From assembly GCA_964441335.1 (NCBI GenBank), contig CAYTUI010000001.1:961-64960 (forward strand): a DNA stretch of 64,000 bases, read 5' to 3'. Every line of letters starts with the position of its first letter. The first letter of the stretch is position 1. Shown piece after piece: positions 46,199-55,556 of the stretch. This stretch comes from an uncultured Gammaproteobacteria bacterium. GTDB lineage: Bacteria > Patescibacteriota > Patescibacteriia > UBA1558 > 2-01-FULL-52-15. The notes beneath the pieces were generated by a model that did not search any database, was not told the origin of the DNA, and saw only the letters and a program-made list of their open reading frames with translations. Both the position numbers and the translations under genes were made by a program.

Positions 46199-48127
46199 TT
46201 ATTTAGAAATTTTTGGCAGAAAAACCCGGCTGGCAAATAGTTTGGTAGCTGTTTGCCGATAACCAGAATCCCAAAAGGTGCTTTGACCGTCAATCAAATC
46301 AGAATGCGGAGTGCTAATACCACCAAAGGTAGGGAAATATCGGCTATAACCTTTATGCATTAGTCGGTAGTGCAAAGTGTCCCGTTCCATTTCTTCAAGA
46401 TATAAACCTCGTGCTTCCCGATCGTAAATTATTTTATCTGTGTCATACATATATGGCGTCAGCAATTGGCCTTGCAATTGTTTAATGGTTGTCTTATCAC
46501 CTTCCCAGGCCGCTCCAAACAAGACATGTGTCCAGGTACTATGACCAAGTGAAACATCAGGTTTGTCAAAGTCGCGGACAGCTAAGCCGTCAGCAGTTTC
46601 TTCCAGCCAAAATTCAACCACTTGCCCCTGTATCTTTTCATGAGAGAATATTTTTCTTAGTGCAGCCTGTAATTGACCGCGATTATCCGAAGAGGTGCCG
46701 GGTTTGATAAATACTCCAACATCAATGTCGGCGTTTTGCTGACCATAACCTTTGAGGCGCGAGCCAAAAATCAAAGCCACTGGGTAGATGAATTTTGTCA
46801 GTTCATGATCAGATTCAATTAAGCCAATAATATCTTGGACATCGCTCATCTCGGTTTTCATAGTTTTAAGGTTTTCGGAAAACGGGCCAGCTAATTGAGG
46901 GATGGTGATATCTAGTTTGTCTAACTGTTGATCATCTAAAATACCTAATCCGTGCAACCGACAAAATGTTTTGGACAAAGCCTCGCGGATTTCCATCGTG
47001 TCATTATCCCATAAAGATAGCAGTGTTTCCCGATAGCGATCGTATAGTGCCAGAGCTTCATCATTGGACGCAGTTTCAACAGCCATTCTAATGCCTTCAA
47101 TTAAAGCCAGTTGGCAGGTAGGATCAGCTTCAGCTGTGGCTAATTGTGAGACAATCTCAGCCGACAGTTTATTGTCGGCAATGGCCAGACTGATATCCTC
47201 GGCGGCTGATTTAACGGCTTGCTGTTTCTTTTCTTGTTTAAGCCAAGCTGTCCGTTTTTTAGTGATGCCCCTAATCTCTTCAGCGTCAATGCGACTAAAT
47301 TCTTCTCGCAGTTTATTTTGTAGTGTTGATAATGTTATGTCTGACGATTGAACTTTATCGTCATCTTTATTTTCCCATGAGCTGATAAGTATTGCCATAT
47401 TGCGAGCTAGCGGATCGGCAGAGGCCTTAAGACGCGCTATTTCAGGTTTTTGTATGAACCCTAGATCAGCTAACACGGGCAGGGTATCGGCAATACTTTG
47501 TTTTAAAGTCTCATCCTCGCTGGTTTCCAATAGTTTAAAAACGTCTTCAATTGCAATTAAATTATTTTCTACCAATTTAGGAATTAGATGAGCAGCTTTG
47601 ACGACTCGGGGTAAATCAGACACTCGCGATTCTACTTCCAGAACATCGCCGTCAACAAAATTAGCCCGGACATCATGTATATGCAGTAAATCATTCCAAG
47701 CGGCTAAATAGGCTTCTTTAAATTGTGCGGCTGCCTTTTTGAGTTCTGGCGATTCAGGCTGCCAATCAGCCTTTGGTAAAAATTCAAAAGGCAGATAGAG
47801 AACAAGACGTTTATAGTCCGAGCTGGTCTCTAATAAATTGCTTAGTGAGACGTATAATTCAGCTACCTGGCTTTCAGTTAAATGATTTTCAGAGACAGCA
47901 CTTTGTAAAGTGATATCTGGTCGCGGCAGTCTGGAGATAACAGCGTCCAGCCGTTGGTTAAGCTCTTGCCTGTCGGCCACTTGTTTTAAAAATTCTTTAT
48001 TGTCGCTAAGGTGCTCGGGCCAGGCAATTTTGGCTTGTTCAGGATCAAGCAGTAACTCTACGGCCGGTGGAGTAAAAATGTCGATTTTGGGTAACTCTTT
48101 TTGGTTGTCTAATCTTTCGTTATTCAT
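46199..48127 (-). CDS. Large helical protein with C-terminal Pol-beta-like nucleotidyltransferase motif
   Basis: IFGSRLKGYG...ADIDVG and downstream VEFW. Confidence 0.7.
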   Translation of the reverse strand: MNNERLDNQKELPKIDIFTPPAVELLLDPEQAKIAWPEHLSDNKEFLKQVADRQELNQRLDAVISRLPRPDITLQSAVSENHLTESQVAELYVSLSNLLETSSDYKRLVLYLPFEFLPKADWQPESPELKKAAAQFKEAYLAAWNDLLHIHDVRANFVDGDVLEVESRVSDLPRVVKAAHLIPKLVENNLIAIEDVFKLLETSEDETLKQSIADTLPVLADLGFIQKPEIARLKASADPLARNMAILISSWENKDDDKVQSSDITLSTLQNKLREEFSRIDAEEIRGITKKRTAWLKQEKKQQAVKSAAEDISLAIADNKLSAEIVSQLATAEADPTCQLALIEGIRMAVETASNDEALALYDRYRETLLSLWDNDTMEIREALSKTFCRLHGLGILDDQQLDKLDITIPQLAGPFSENLKTMKTEMSDVQDIIGLIESDHELTKFIYPVALIFGSRLKGYGQQNADIDVGVFIKPGTSSDNRGQLQAALRKIFSHEKIQGQVVEFWLEETADGLAVRDFDKPDVSLGHSTWTHVLFGAAWEGDKTTIKQLQGQLLTPYMYDTDKIIYDREARGLYLEEMERDTLHYRLMHKGYSRYFPTFGGISTPHSDLIDGQSTFWDSGYRQTATKLFASRVFLPKISK

Positions 48128-48218
48128 AGTGGGTATTATAAACTACTGTCTGCCTAGAACACAAGCGGGTATTTTTACGCAACAACTTGTGGTTATCTTT
48201 AGATAGAATGGAATAGAT

Positions 48219-48540
48219 GAAGCCCCGTCCAGATGTACCGAACGGGGCTTCGCGAGCATTCATCGCACTTGCGTGCGGGCAGGAGTGAACCAACCGGTTC
48301 TGATGTCGTTTCGCCTACATATAGGGTGTCGTCTTTTGTTCCACTTGGGGAACTGTGTCCCGCTTGGGAACCCCTTTGCGAAAACGTTGCCACCAGTCAC
48401 TCCTGATTGTGCCTGATTGCCGCTCCGAGCGCTATCTACCAGCTACGGGGGATGGTCCGTCACGAGATTCACGCGAACCTCCTAGTTGATCCGACACTGG
48501 TCGATGGATAGCTAGCTCCCGAAGGAACCGCTGGCAACAT
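48219..48540 (-). ncRNA. Candidate structured ncRNA, family unknown
   Basis: Minus-strand TTGACA-17-TAGTAT promoter; GC-rich hairpins; CAGGAGTGA/TCACTCCTG long-range complement; final GAAGCCCCGT..ACGGGGCTTC hairpin. Confidence 0.5.
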
Positions 48541-48608
48541 ACTATACTTTATTTGGTAAATTGTCAATATCAGTCGGTTTAGGGCTAAATAAATGGTATA
48601 ATATAATC

Positions 48609-49349
48609 ATGAAATTTAAGTTTAGAGGCTTTACCCAGCACCGTTTTTGTATGTCGTTTGGTGCAACTGATGCGGGGGTTAAACAGTTTATCGGAAGATA
48701 TTTTTACCAGATAAAAAAGGGTGCTGGGTTTACGTTGATTGAACTACTGGTGGTTATTTCTGTGATCAGCATCTTAAGCTCTATCACTATCGTTAGTATG
48801 TCCAAGGCTAGAGCTAAAGCCAGGGATGCTGTTAGGTTAAGTGAGATAAATACTATATTAACTGCCTTGCAGGCTTATTACCAAAATCACAATGGTTGGC
48901 CGCTAGGAGATACGGGTTCGTATTCTGCCCCCGTAGGTTTTCCAGCGACTGGTAAGTGTTCAAAACCATTAAATTATTATGTTTGTCGTTCTTATGAGCC
49001 CTGCCAGTCGCAGAAAACTGATGGGACCCCAAATGATAGTAATTGGATTGATGCTCTAGGCCCTTATTTTGCATCTGGTCATCCTCCAATGGGCCCGACT
49101 TTTTCAGGAGATAAATGTCCACATCCGGGCGCTCCTGCAGCGACACAATCTAACTATTTTTATACTTATGTACGGTATAATGAAGAAAGCTCCCGCTTCG
49201 GAGAAATGGATCTTTTCTATATTCTAGAAAATGATAATTCATTAAATAACTTAAGAGGGGAATATTTTGCAATTTGTCCTCTACAGGAGTTAAGCTCTTC
49301 TTATTGTATGCGTATAACGGGACAGGCTGATGGCAAGATAATAGATTGA
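48609..49349 (+). CDS. Type IV pilin / pseudopilin
   Basis: GFTLIELLVVISVISIL..ARAKARDAVRLSEI. Confidence 0.9.
   Translation: MKFKFRGFTQHRFCMSFGATDAGVKQFIGRYFYQIKKGAGFTLIELLVVISVISILSSITIVSMSKARAKARDAVRLSEINTILTALQAYYQNHNGWPLGDTGSYSAPVGFPATGKCSKPLNYYVCRSYEPCQSQKTDGTPNDSNWIDALGPYFASGHPPMGPTFSGDKCPHPGAPAATQSNYFYTYVRYNEESSRFGEMDLFYILENDNSLNNLRGEYFAICPLQELSSSYCMRITGQADGKIID
48633..48729. mobile_element. In-frame inverted-repeat mini-insertion in the prepilin leader
   Basis: ACCCAGCACC...GGTGCTGGGT termini; GFT codons duplicated 99 nt apart. Confidence 0.6.
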
Positions 49350-49398
49350 GTATAAGGCATTTTTCTTGTACAATAGAACAGTTGATTTTAAATTTATT

Positions 49399-50163
49399 AT
49401 GGCCAGAGTAATCGCGATTGTTAATCAAAAAGGCGGGGTAGGTAAAACTACTACCGCTATTAATCTGGCTTCTTATTTAGCGGCGGCCGGCCGACGGGTG
49501 TTGGTTATAGATATTGATCCGCAGGGCAATGCCACTTCCGGTTTGGGACTAAATCACCGTTCGGAAGAGGCCGGCATTTATCAGGTATTGGTGAACGAAC
49601 CGTTAAAACTTAGTTCTGTTGTTAAGGTAGTCAGCGATAATTTACATTTAGCGCCTTCAACACCGCATCTGGCCGGAGCAACTGTGGAATTAGTTAATTA
49701 TCCGGGGCGGGAGTATGTTTTGCATAAGAATATTCAGGAGGTTCTGCCTTATTATGATTATATTTTAATAGACAACCCGCCGTCTTTAGGGCTGTTGACT
49801 TTAAACGGTTTGGTGGCTGCGAATGAAGTATTGATTCCGGTGCAGTGTGAATATTATGCTCTGGAAGGTTTGAGTCAGTTATTGCATACAATTAGTTTGG
49901 TGAAAGACAGCTTGAACCCTGACTTGCAAGTTTTAGGCGCTGTTATGACTATGTTTGACGGTCGCAATAAATTATCCGAGGCGGTATTTGAAGAACTTTA
50001 TCAATTTTTTCCCAATAAGATTTTTCGTTCAGTTATTCCGCGCAATGTCAAATTGGCAGAGGCGCCTTCGCACGGCTTGGCCATTAAAGATTATGATAAT
50101 AAATCACGTGGCGCTGTCGCTTATCAAAAATTAGCTGAAGAAATAGTAAAAGCATATGAATAA
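49399..50163 (+). CDS. parA: ParA/Soj ATPase
   Basis: NQKGGVGKTTT, DIDPQGNAT, PPSLGLLT, PVQCEYYALEG. Confidence 0.95.
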   Translation: MARVIAIVNQKGGVGKTTTAINLASYLAAAGRRVLVIDIDPQGNATSGLGLNHRSEEAGIYQVLVNEPLKLSSVVKVVSDNLHLAPSTPHLAGATVELVNYPGREYVLHKNIQEVLPYYDYILIDNPPSLGLLTLNGLVAANEVLIPVQCEYYALEGLSQLLHTISLVKDSLNPDLQVLGAVMTMFDGRNKLSEAVFEELYQFFPNKIFRSVIPRNVKLAEAPSHGLAIKDYDNKSRGAVAYQKLAEEIVKAYE

Positions 50164-51025
50164 TAATACTTTAGGCAGGGGATTGGGCGCACTAATCCCG
50201 GGGTCAGATTTAAAAGATAGTCAGAAGTCACAGCCGGCTTTTAAAAGCGAGCCTGATGTTTTGGGACAGCAGATTATTAAAGTCCCGCTGGCAAAAATTA
50301 TTTCTAATCCTTGGCAGCCGCGTACCGGCTTTGATCATGACAAAATGGCAGAGTTGGCGGCCTCAATCAAGAGGTATGGAATTATTCAACCCTTAGTTTT
50401 GTCACCCGGTGACAATGACGGTTATCAGTTGATTGCCGGCGAAAGGCGATTTAAGGCGGCTCAATTGCTTGGTCTGACAGAAGTGCCGGCGATTATCCGC
50501 AAAGCGCAGGATCATGAGAAATTGGAATTGGCACTGGTGGAAAATATTCAAAGACAGAATCTTAATCCTTTGGAAGAGTCTGGTAGTTACCAGAGATTAA
50601 TGGACGAGTTTGGTTTGACGCAGGAGGAAGTGGCCGAGCGGGTTGGTAAAAGCCGTTCAACGGTAGCCAATTGTTTACGTCTGAAAAATTTACCTGATGA
50701 AGTTAAGCAGGCCTTACGTGATGAAAAGATTTCTTTTTCCCATGCCAAAGTTTTATTAGGTTTGTCTACAAAGCAGGAACAGCTGAAATTGATGAAGAAA
50801 ATTATAGACGACAGTATACCGGTGGCCGTTTTACAGCAGAAGCAAACAGTTGTTAGGCAACATACCAGACAGATTAAAGACCCTGTTTTATCAGCTTTGG
50901 AATTAAAATTAACACAGTCATTGTCAGCACGTGTGAATGTCAAGAAATCAGGTTTGGGCGGGACTGTAGAGATTGCCTGGGAATCGGAAGAAGACCTTAA
51001 ACGTTTGGCTGATCGTTTGAGTTAG
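50156..51025 (+). CDS. parB: ParB/Spo0J
   Basis: LGRGLGAL, NPWQPR, IAGERR, ENIQRQNL, HTH. Confidence 0.95.
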   Translation: MNNNTLGRGLGALIPGSDLKDSQKSQPAFKSEPDVLGQQIIKVPLAKIISNPWQPRTGFDHDKMAELAASIKRYGIIQPLVLSPGDNDGYQLIAGERRFKAAQLLGLTEVPAIIRKAQDHEKLELALVENIQRQNLNPLEESGSYQRLMDEFGLTQEEVAERVGKSRSTVANCLRLKNLPDEVKQALRDEKISFSHAKVLLGLSTKQEQLKLMKKIIDDSIPVAVLQQKQTVVRQHTRQIKDPVLSALELKLTQSLSARVNVKKSGLGGTVEIAWESEEDLKRLADRLS

Positions 51026-52482
51026 TTCCAAAATTTTTCTGAACTATTTTTTCTTAGTTGATTGCGAATTTTATCACGGGCCTTACCAGTTTTGGCCATT
51101 CTTAACCAGTCGGCATTCGGCTGTTTTCTGTTTTTATCCTTAATGATTTCCACCACGTCGCCGCTTTTAAGAGGCCTATCCAAGCTGGACATTTGCTGGT
51201 TAACCAGAGCGCCTGACATGTGACCGCCAATCTCTGAATGAATGTGATAGGCAAAGTCTATCGGGGTGGCTGCTTCCGGCAAATCAATAACATCACCTTC
51301 GGGTGTAAAGACAAAAATTCGATCCTGAAAAATATCGTTTTTAATATCTTTGAGATATTGCATGTTGTCCTTAATGTCCTTTTGCCAGCCCAGCAAGTCG
51401 TCTATCCAATGCAGACTCTTTTTGGAATAAAATTTATTGGTAATTTCTTTGTATTTAGTATGGGCGGCAATACCGTATTCGGAAATTTCGTGCATCATTT
51501 CGTCGCGAATCTGAAACTCCACGACTTTGCCAAATTCGGTGAAAACAGAAGTATGTAAAGATTGATAACCGTTTGGTTTGGGTTGGGCGATATAATCTTT
51601 AACGCGGCCTTTCAGTGGCGTCCAGCGACGGTGGATAACACCCAATGCCTGATAACAATCGGCTACAGTCGGAACAATAATGCGCAAGGCTATCAGATCA
51701 TAGATTCTGGTTATATCTTTTCCGCGGCTAAGTAATTTTTTGTAGAGACTGTAGATATGTTTAACTCGGCCCTGAATTTCAATTACCGGCACATTGTTTT
51801 TCATCAGTTGGTGGTAAGCAATTTTTTGGGCCTTGTCAATGTATTTACGTTCGTTTTTTAGACGATCTTTGACCAGAGAATTGACCCACTTATATTCTTC
51901 CGGATAGACAAAGGGGAAAGAATAATCCTCTAGTTGGCTTTTTAATTCAAACATACCCAGACGATTAGCAATCGGCGCGTAGATTTCCAGGGTTTCTTGG
52001 GCAATACGCTTGGCCTTATCCGGGCGATGAATGTCTAAGGTTTTTATATTATCCAACCGGTCGGCCAGTTTGATAATGATAATTCTTAAATCGCTAGCCA
52101 TCGCCACGAACATTTTTCGCAGGTTTTCCGCGTAGCGTTCAATGCCGCGGTATTTTAATGTCCCCAGCTTGGTAATACCGGATACTAGAGTGCAGATATC
52201 ATCGCCAAACTCCCGTTTAATATCCTCTAAAGTTTTGTCAGTATCTTCAGGCACATCATGCAGTAGTCCGGTAACGATTGTGGCCATGTCCATTTTTAAT
52301 TCCACCAAATTATAAGCGGTGGCCAGACTGTGGTAGATGTATTCCTCGCCGGTTTTTCTTTTTTGACCGGCGTGCGCCTGGCGGGCAAAGTCATAGGCTT
52401 TAACCAATAAAGTAATATCTTCATCAGGATGAAGCTGAATAACAGCCGATTTCAATTTTTGCCAGGTAATTTTTGGGGTCAT
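51022..52482 (-). CDS. RelA/SpoT homolog (HD + synthetase + TGS, no ACT)
   Basis: LLHDVPED, KLADRL, KDYIAQPKPNGYQSLHT, EFQIR, FVFTP.G. Confidence 0.93.
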   Translation of the reverse strand: MTPKITWQKLKSAVIQLHPDEDITLLVKAYDFARQAHAGQKRKTGEEYIYHSLATAYNLVELKMDMATIVTGLLHDVPEDTDKTLEDIKREFGDDICTLVSGITKLGTLKYRGIERYAENLRKMFVAMASDLRIIIIKLADRLDNIKTLDIHRPDKAKRIAQETLEIYAPIANRLGMFELKSQLEDYSFPFVYPEEYKWVNSLVKDRLKNERKYIDKAQKIAYHQLMKNNVPVIEIQGRVKHIYSLYKKLLSRGKDITRIYDLIALRIIVPTVADCYQALGVIHRRWTPLKGRVKDYIAQPKPNGYQSLHTSVFTEFGKVVEFQIRDEMMHEISEYGIAAHTKYKEITNKFYSKKSLHWIDDLLGWQKDIKDNMQYLKDIKNDIFQDRIFVFTPEGDVIDLPEAATPIDFAYHIHSEIGGHMSGALVNQQMSSLDRPLKSGDVVEIIKDKNRKQPNADWLRMAKTGKARDKIRNQLRKNSSEKFWN

Positions 52483-52578
52483 AGGCTTATCATGAATCTT
52501 AGGCTAAAAAGCCGAGGTTTTCAAGACAGCGGTATGTTAGAAATAATAAACATGTCCAATTGAATTATGGATTGAAAG

Positions 52579-52631
52579 AGGTAGTAGGAAGTAGGTAGTA
52601 GGAAGTAGGTAGTAGCTAGTAGGTAGTAGGT
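52579..52631. repeat. 7-mer tandem repeat (WAGTAGG)
   Basis: GGTAGTAGGAAGTAGGTAGTAGGAAGTAGGTAGTAGCTAGTAGGTAGTAGG. Confidence 0.8.
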
Positions 52632-52681
52632 TATCGCCCAGTTGGTGGTGGGCGAAGGTTGTGGGCGGGGGTTCCGATTAA

Positions 52682-54880
52682 CTAATTTTGGTATTTGCAG
52701 TTAGAGTTGGAACACTTAATTTTATCGTTAGCGGCGTAGGTTAACAGTGAACGGCAGTCTGGGCATTTGTCGCCTGTGGGTTTTTGCCAGAGAGCAAATT
52801 TGCAGTCCGGATAGCGATTACAGCTATAGAAAATTTTGCCTTTGCGACTTTTCTTTTCGGTTATTTCTCCCTGATTACATTCCGGACATTTAACGCCGGT
52901 AGAAACCGAGTGGTTCTTAATATTTTTACAGTCAGGATAACCGGTGCAGGCTAAAAATTTTCCGAAGCGGCCGTGTTTGAAAGCCATAGGCTTACCACAC
53001 TTGTCGCAGATTTCATCAGTAGTTTCTGCCGGAGCCGGCTCGCCGTCACCGCCCAGCTGTTTGGTATTTTTGCAGTCCGGATAACCGGTGCAGGCTAAAA
53101 ATTTGCCGAAACGCCCCATTTTTACCACCATCGGCTTACCGCATTTTTCGCAAATCTCGTCGGTAGCTTCTTCAGTCAATTCTTTTTTGGTTAAGTCTTG
53201 TTCCTTTTGCATGAGATTATCTTTAAATGGATAATAAAAGTCGGCAATGACCGGCTGCCATTTGATTTCTCCTTGGGCAACTTTGTCCAGGTTATCTTCC
53301 ATGGAAGCTGTAAAATCATAGTCGATAATTTGACTAAAATGTTCTTTAAGAATATTCGTGACTAACTTACCCATGTCTGTTGGTTTGAGACGCTTTTCCT
53401 CTTTGACGACATATTTTCTGGCAATCACCGTAGAGATAGTCGGAGCATAAGTAGATGGTCGGCCAATACCTTTTTCTTCTAAAGCCTTAACCAAACCGGC
53501 TTCAGAATAACGGGCCGGTGGTTGGGTATAATGCTGATTGGCTAGTAATTCTTTTAAAGTTACTTGATCGCCTTGAGCTAAAGTCGGCAATTCTTTGTCA
53601 CCATTGCTGCTATGATAAACTTTTAACCAACCGGGAAATTTAACAACTGAACCGGTAGCTCTTAAAGTATAGGGTGTTCCTTCGGCTTTAATATCTACCG
53701 AAGTCATAGCGACTTTGGCGTCAGGCATTTGAGTAGCCAAAGCTCTAGACCAGATTAAATTATAAAGTTTGTGTTGACGGCTATCCAAGTATTGTTTGAT
53801 TGACTCTGGTTCGCGGTTGGGGTCGGTCGGTCTAATTGCTTCGTGAGCTTCCTGTGCCAGTTTGGACTTTTGTTTGAAAAAACGGGGTTTATCCAAACTG
53901 TAGTCTGAACCAAATTTTTGATTTAAATAGGTCACGGCTTGGCCGGTAAATTCGTTAGACAAATTTAAAGAGTCGGTTCTCATGTATGTAATTAAACCGG
54001 TGGAGCCTTCAGAGCCGATATCTATACCTTCGTATAGTTGCTGGGCGAGCATCATAGTTTGCTTGGCTGAAAAACCCAGTTTACGGTTAGCCTCCTGCTG
54101 TAAGGTGGAAGTGGTAAAAGGTGTTGGGGCTTTGCGGCTAATTTCTTTGCCGTTAACTTCAACAACCTTTAGTGTGCTGTTTTTGATTTGCTGTTCAGCT
54201 TCTTTGGACTGCTGTTCCTGAAGGTCAAATTTTTTGAATGGTTTATCGTCTTTGGAATATAAACTTATTTCAAAATCAATCTTATCTTTGGTTGCCAGAC
54301 CGTCCACGGTCCAGTATTCCTCTGGCTTGAATGCCTCAATTTCTTCTTCCCGTTCCACAATTAATCTGACAGCCACCGATTGAACGCGACCGGCGGATAA
54401 ACCGCGGGCCACTTTTTTCCAGAGGAAAGGCGACAGTTCATAACCGACCAACCGGTCAAGAACACGACGAGCCTGTTGGGCGTCTATTAGATTGATGTTC
54501 AGAGAATGAGGATGTTTTAAAGCGTCTAAAATAGCCTGTTTGGTTATTTCATGAAAAGTAATTCGTTTAACTTTGTCAGCCGGCACTTTAAATATCTGCT
54601 GTAAATGCCAAGAGATGGCTTCTCCTTCACGGTCTTCGTCAGTCGCGAAGTAGATTTCATCAGCCTTATCGGCCAACTTCTTTAACTCTGTGACAATTTT
54701 TTTGGCTTTCAAAGGAATAACATATTGAGGTTCGAAATCATTCTTTATATCTATACCCATCTTGCTTTTTGGCAAATCACGGATATGACCAAAGGAGGAC
54801 TTGATGGTGTAGTCCTTGTCTAAAAATTTAGAAATTGTTTTGGCTTTTGTCGGAGATTCGACGATGACCAGATTTTTCAT
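52682..54880 (-). CDS. topA: DNA topoisomerase I
   Basis: LVIVESPTKAK, DEDREGE, SAGRVQS, ITYMRTD, C-terminal Zn ribbons. Confidence 0.97.
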   Translation of the reverse strand: MKNLVIVESPTKAKTISKFLDKDYTIKSSFGHIRDLPKSKMGIDIKNDFEPQYVIPLKAKKIVTELKKLADKADEIYFATDEDREGEAISWHLQQIFKVPADKVKRITFHEITKQAILDALKHPHSLNINLIDAQQARRVLDRLVGYELSPFLWKKVARGLSAGRVQSVAVRLIVEREEEIEAFKPEEYWTVDGLATKDKIDFEISLYSKDDKPFKKFDLQEQQSKEAEQQIKNSTLKVVEVNGKEISRKAPTPFTTSTLQQEANRKLGFSAKQTMMLAQQLYEGIDIGSEGSTGLITYMRTDSLNLSNEFTGQAVTYLNQKFGSDYSLDKPRFFKQKSKLAQEAHEAIRPTDPNREPESIKQYLDSRQHKLYNLIWSRALATQMPDAKVAMTSVDIKAEGTPYTLRATGSVVKFPGWLKVYHSSNGDKELPTLAQGDQVTLKELLANQHYTQPPARYSEAGLVKALEEKGIGRPSTYAPTISTVIARKYVVKEEKRLKPTDMGKLVTNILKEHFSQIIDYDFTASMEDNLDKVAQGEIKWQPVIADFYYPFKDNLMQKEQDLTKKELTEEATDEICEKCGKPMVVKMGRFGKFLACTGYPDCKNTKQLGGDGEPAPAETTDEICDKCGKPMAFKHGRFGKFLACTGYPDCKNIKNHSVSTGVKCPECNQGEITEKKSRKGKIFYSCNRYPDCKFALWQKPTGDKCPDCRSLLTYAANDKIKCSNSNCKYQN

Positions 54881-54965
54881 AAGTCTGACTATAATAGAAA
54901 AGCTTTATTTTGGCAAGTTTTTGGTTGTTGATAGTCAAAGTCATATATAATATTGTCCGTTGCGA

Positions 54966-55556
54966 TCAATCAGCATCGTTAGAATTATTTCGGTCTTTTA
55001 GCCAATTAATCGGGTTATTTTTAATGTACATACGAATTTTATATAGAGATTCTTCATTCCGTATAATATGATCGTGGAATCGCGATTGCCAGAATTGTCG
55101 TCCGAGGGTGCCGCGGTGCTGGTTAATGCGGCGGGCCGAAAATGTTTTAAAACCGCGAATTATTTCTGATACCGAATAGCGCCCGGTTGGGTAATCGTTG
55201 AAATGACGTTGATTTAATGCAAAACCCGTGGAGGCGGGTTTGAAACCCGCCTCTACAGGACGCCGGTTGCAATTATACCGGGCGTTAATGCGGATTATTC
55301 CATGAACGTGGTTCGGCATTATGACAAATGCGTCCAATCGGCAATCGCAATAATGTTTTGTTAAATCACGCCAGCATTTTTTCACGATTTGTCCCAATGG
55401 TGATAGTTGCATTTTACCGTTAACAATTTGTCCTAAATCGCAGATTCTGTTTTTGACGCAAATGGTTATAAAATAATATCCTTGATTTGAATAATCCCAA
55501 TATGGTAAACGTGTTGATTCGATTCTATATCTGCCTAGGTATTTTGAATATTTCAT
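54966..55556 (-). CDS. REP-associated tyrosine (Y1/HUH) transposase, RAYT
   Basis: YFITIC, VIMPNHVH, FWQSRFHDHIIR, YIKNNP. Confidence 0.9.
   Translation of the reverse strand: MKYSKYLGRYRIESTRLPYWDYSNQGYYFITICVKNRICDLGQIVNGKMQLSPLGQIVKKCWRDLTKHYCDCRLDAFVIMPNHVHGIIRINARYNCNRRPVEAGFKPASTGFALNQRHFNDYPTGRYSVSEIIRGFKTFSARRINQHRGTLGRQFWQSRFHDHIIRNEESLYKIRMYIKNNPINWLKDRNNSNDAD
55228..55256 (-). repeat. GTAG-type REP inside the RAYT ORF
   Basis: GTAGAGGCGGGTTTCAAACCCGCCTCCAC on the minus strand. Confidence 0.85.

Noticed and set aside
44719-46293. 524-aa minus-strand ORF
   Set aside because: Antisense shadow of a GC3-rich gene; crosses a terminator and overlaps flanking genes
52900-53170. Direct repeat in topA
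   Set aside because: Ordinary duplicated zinc-ribbon domains
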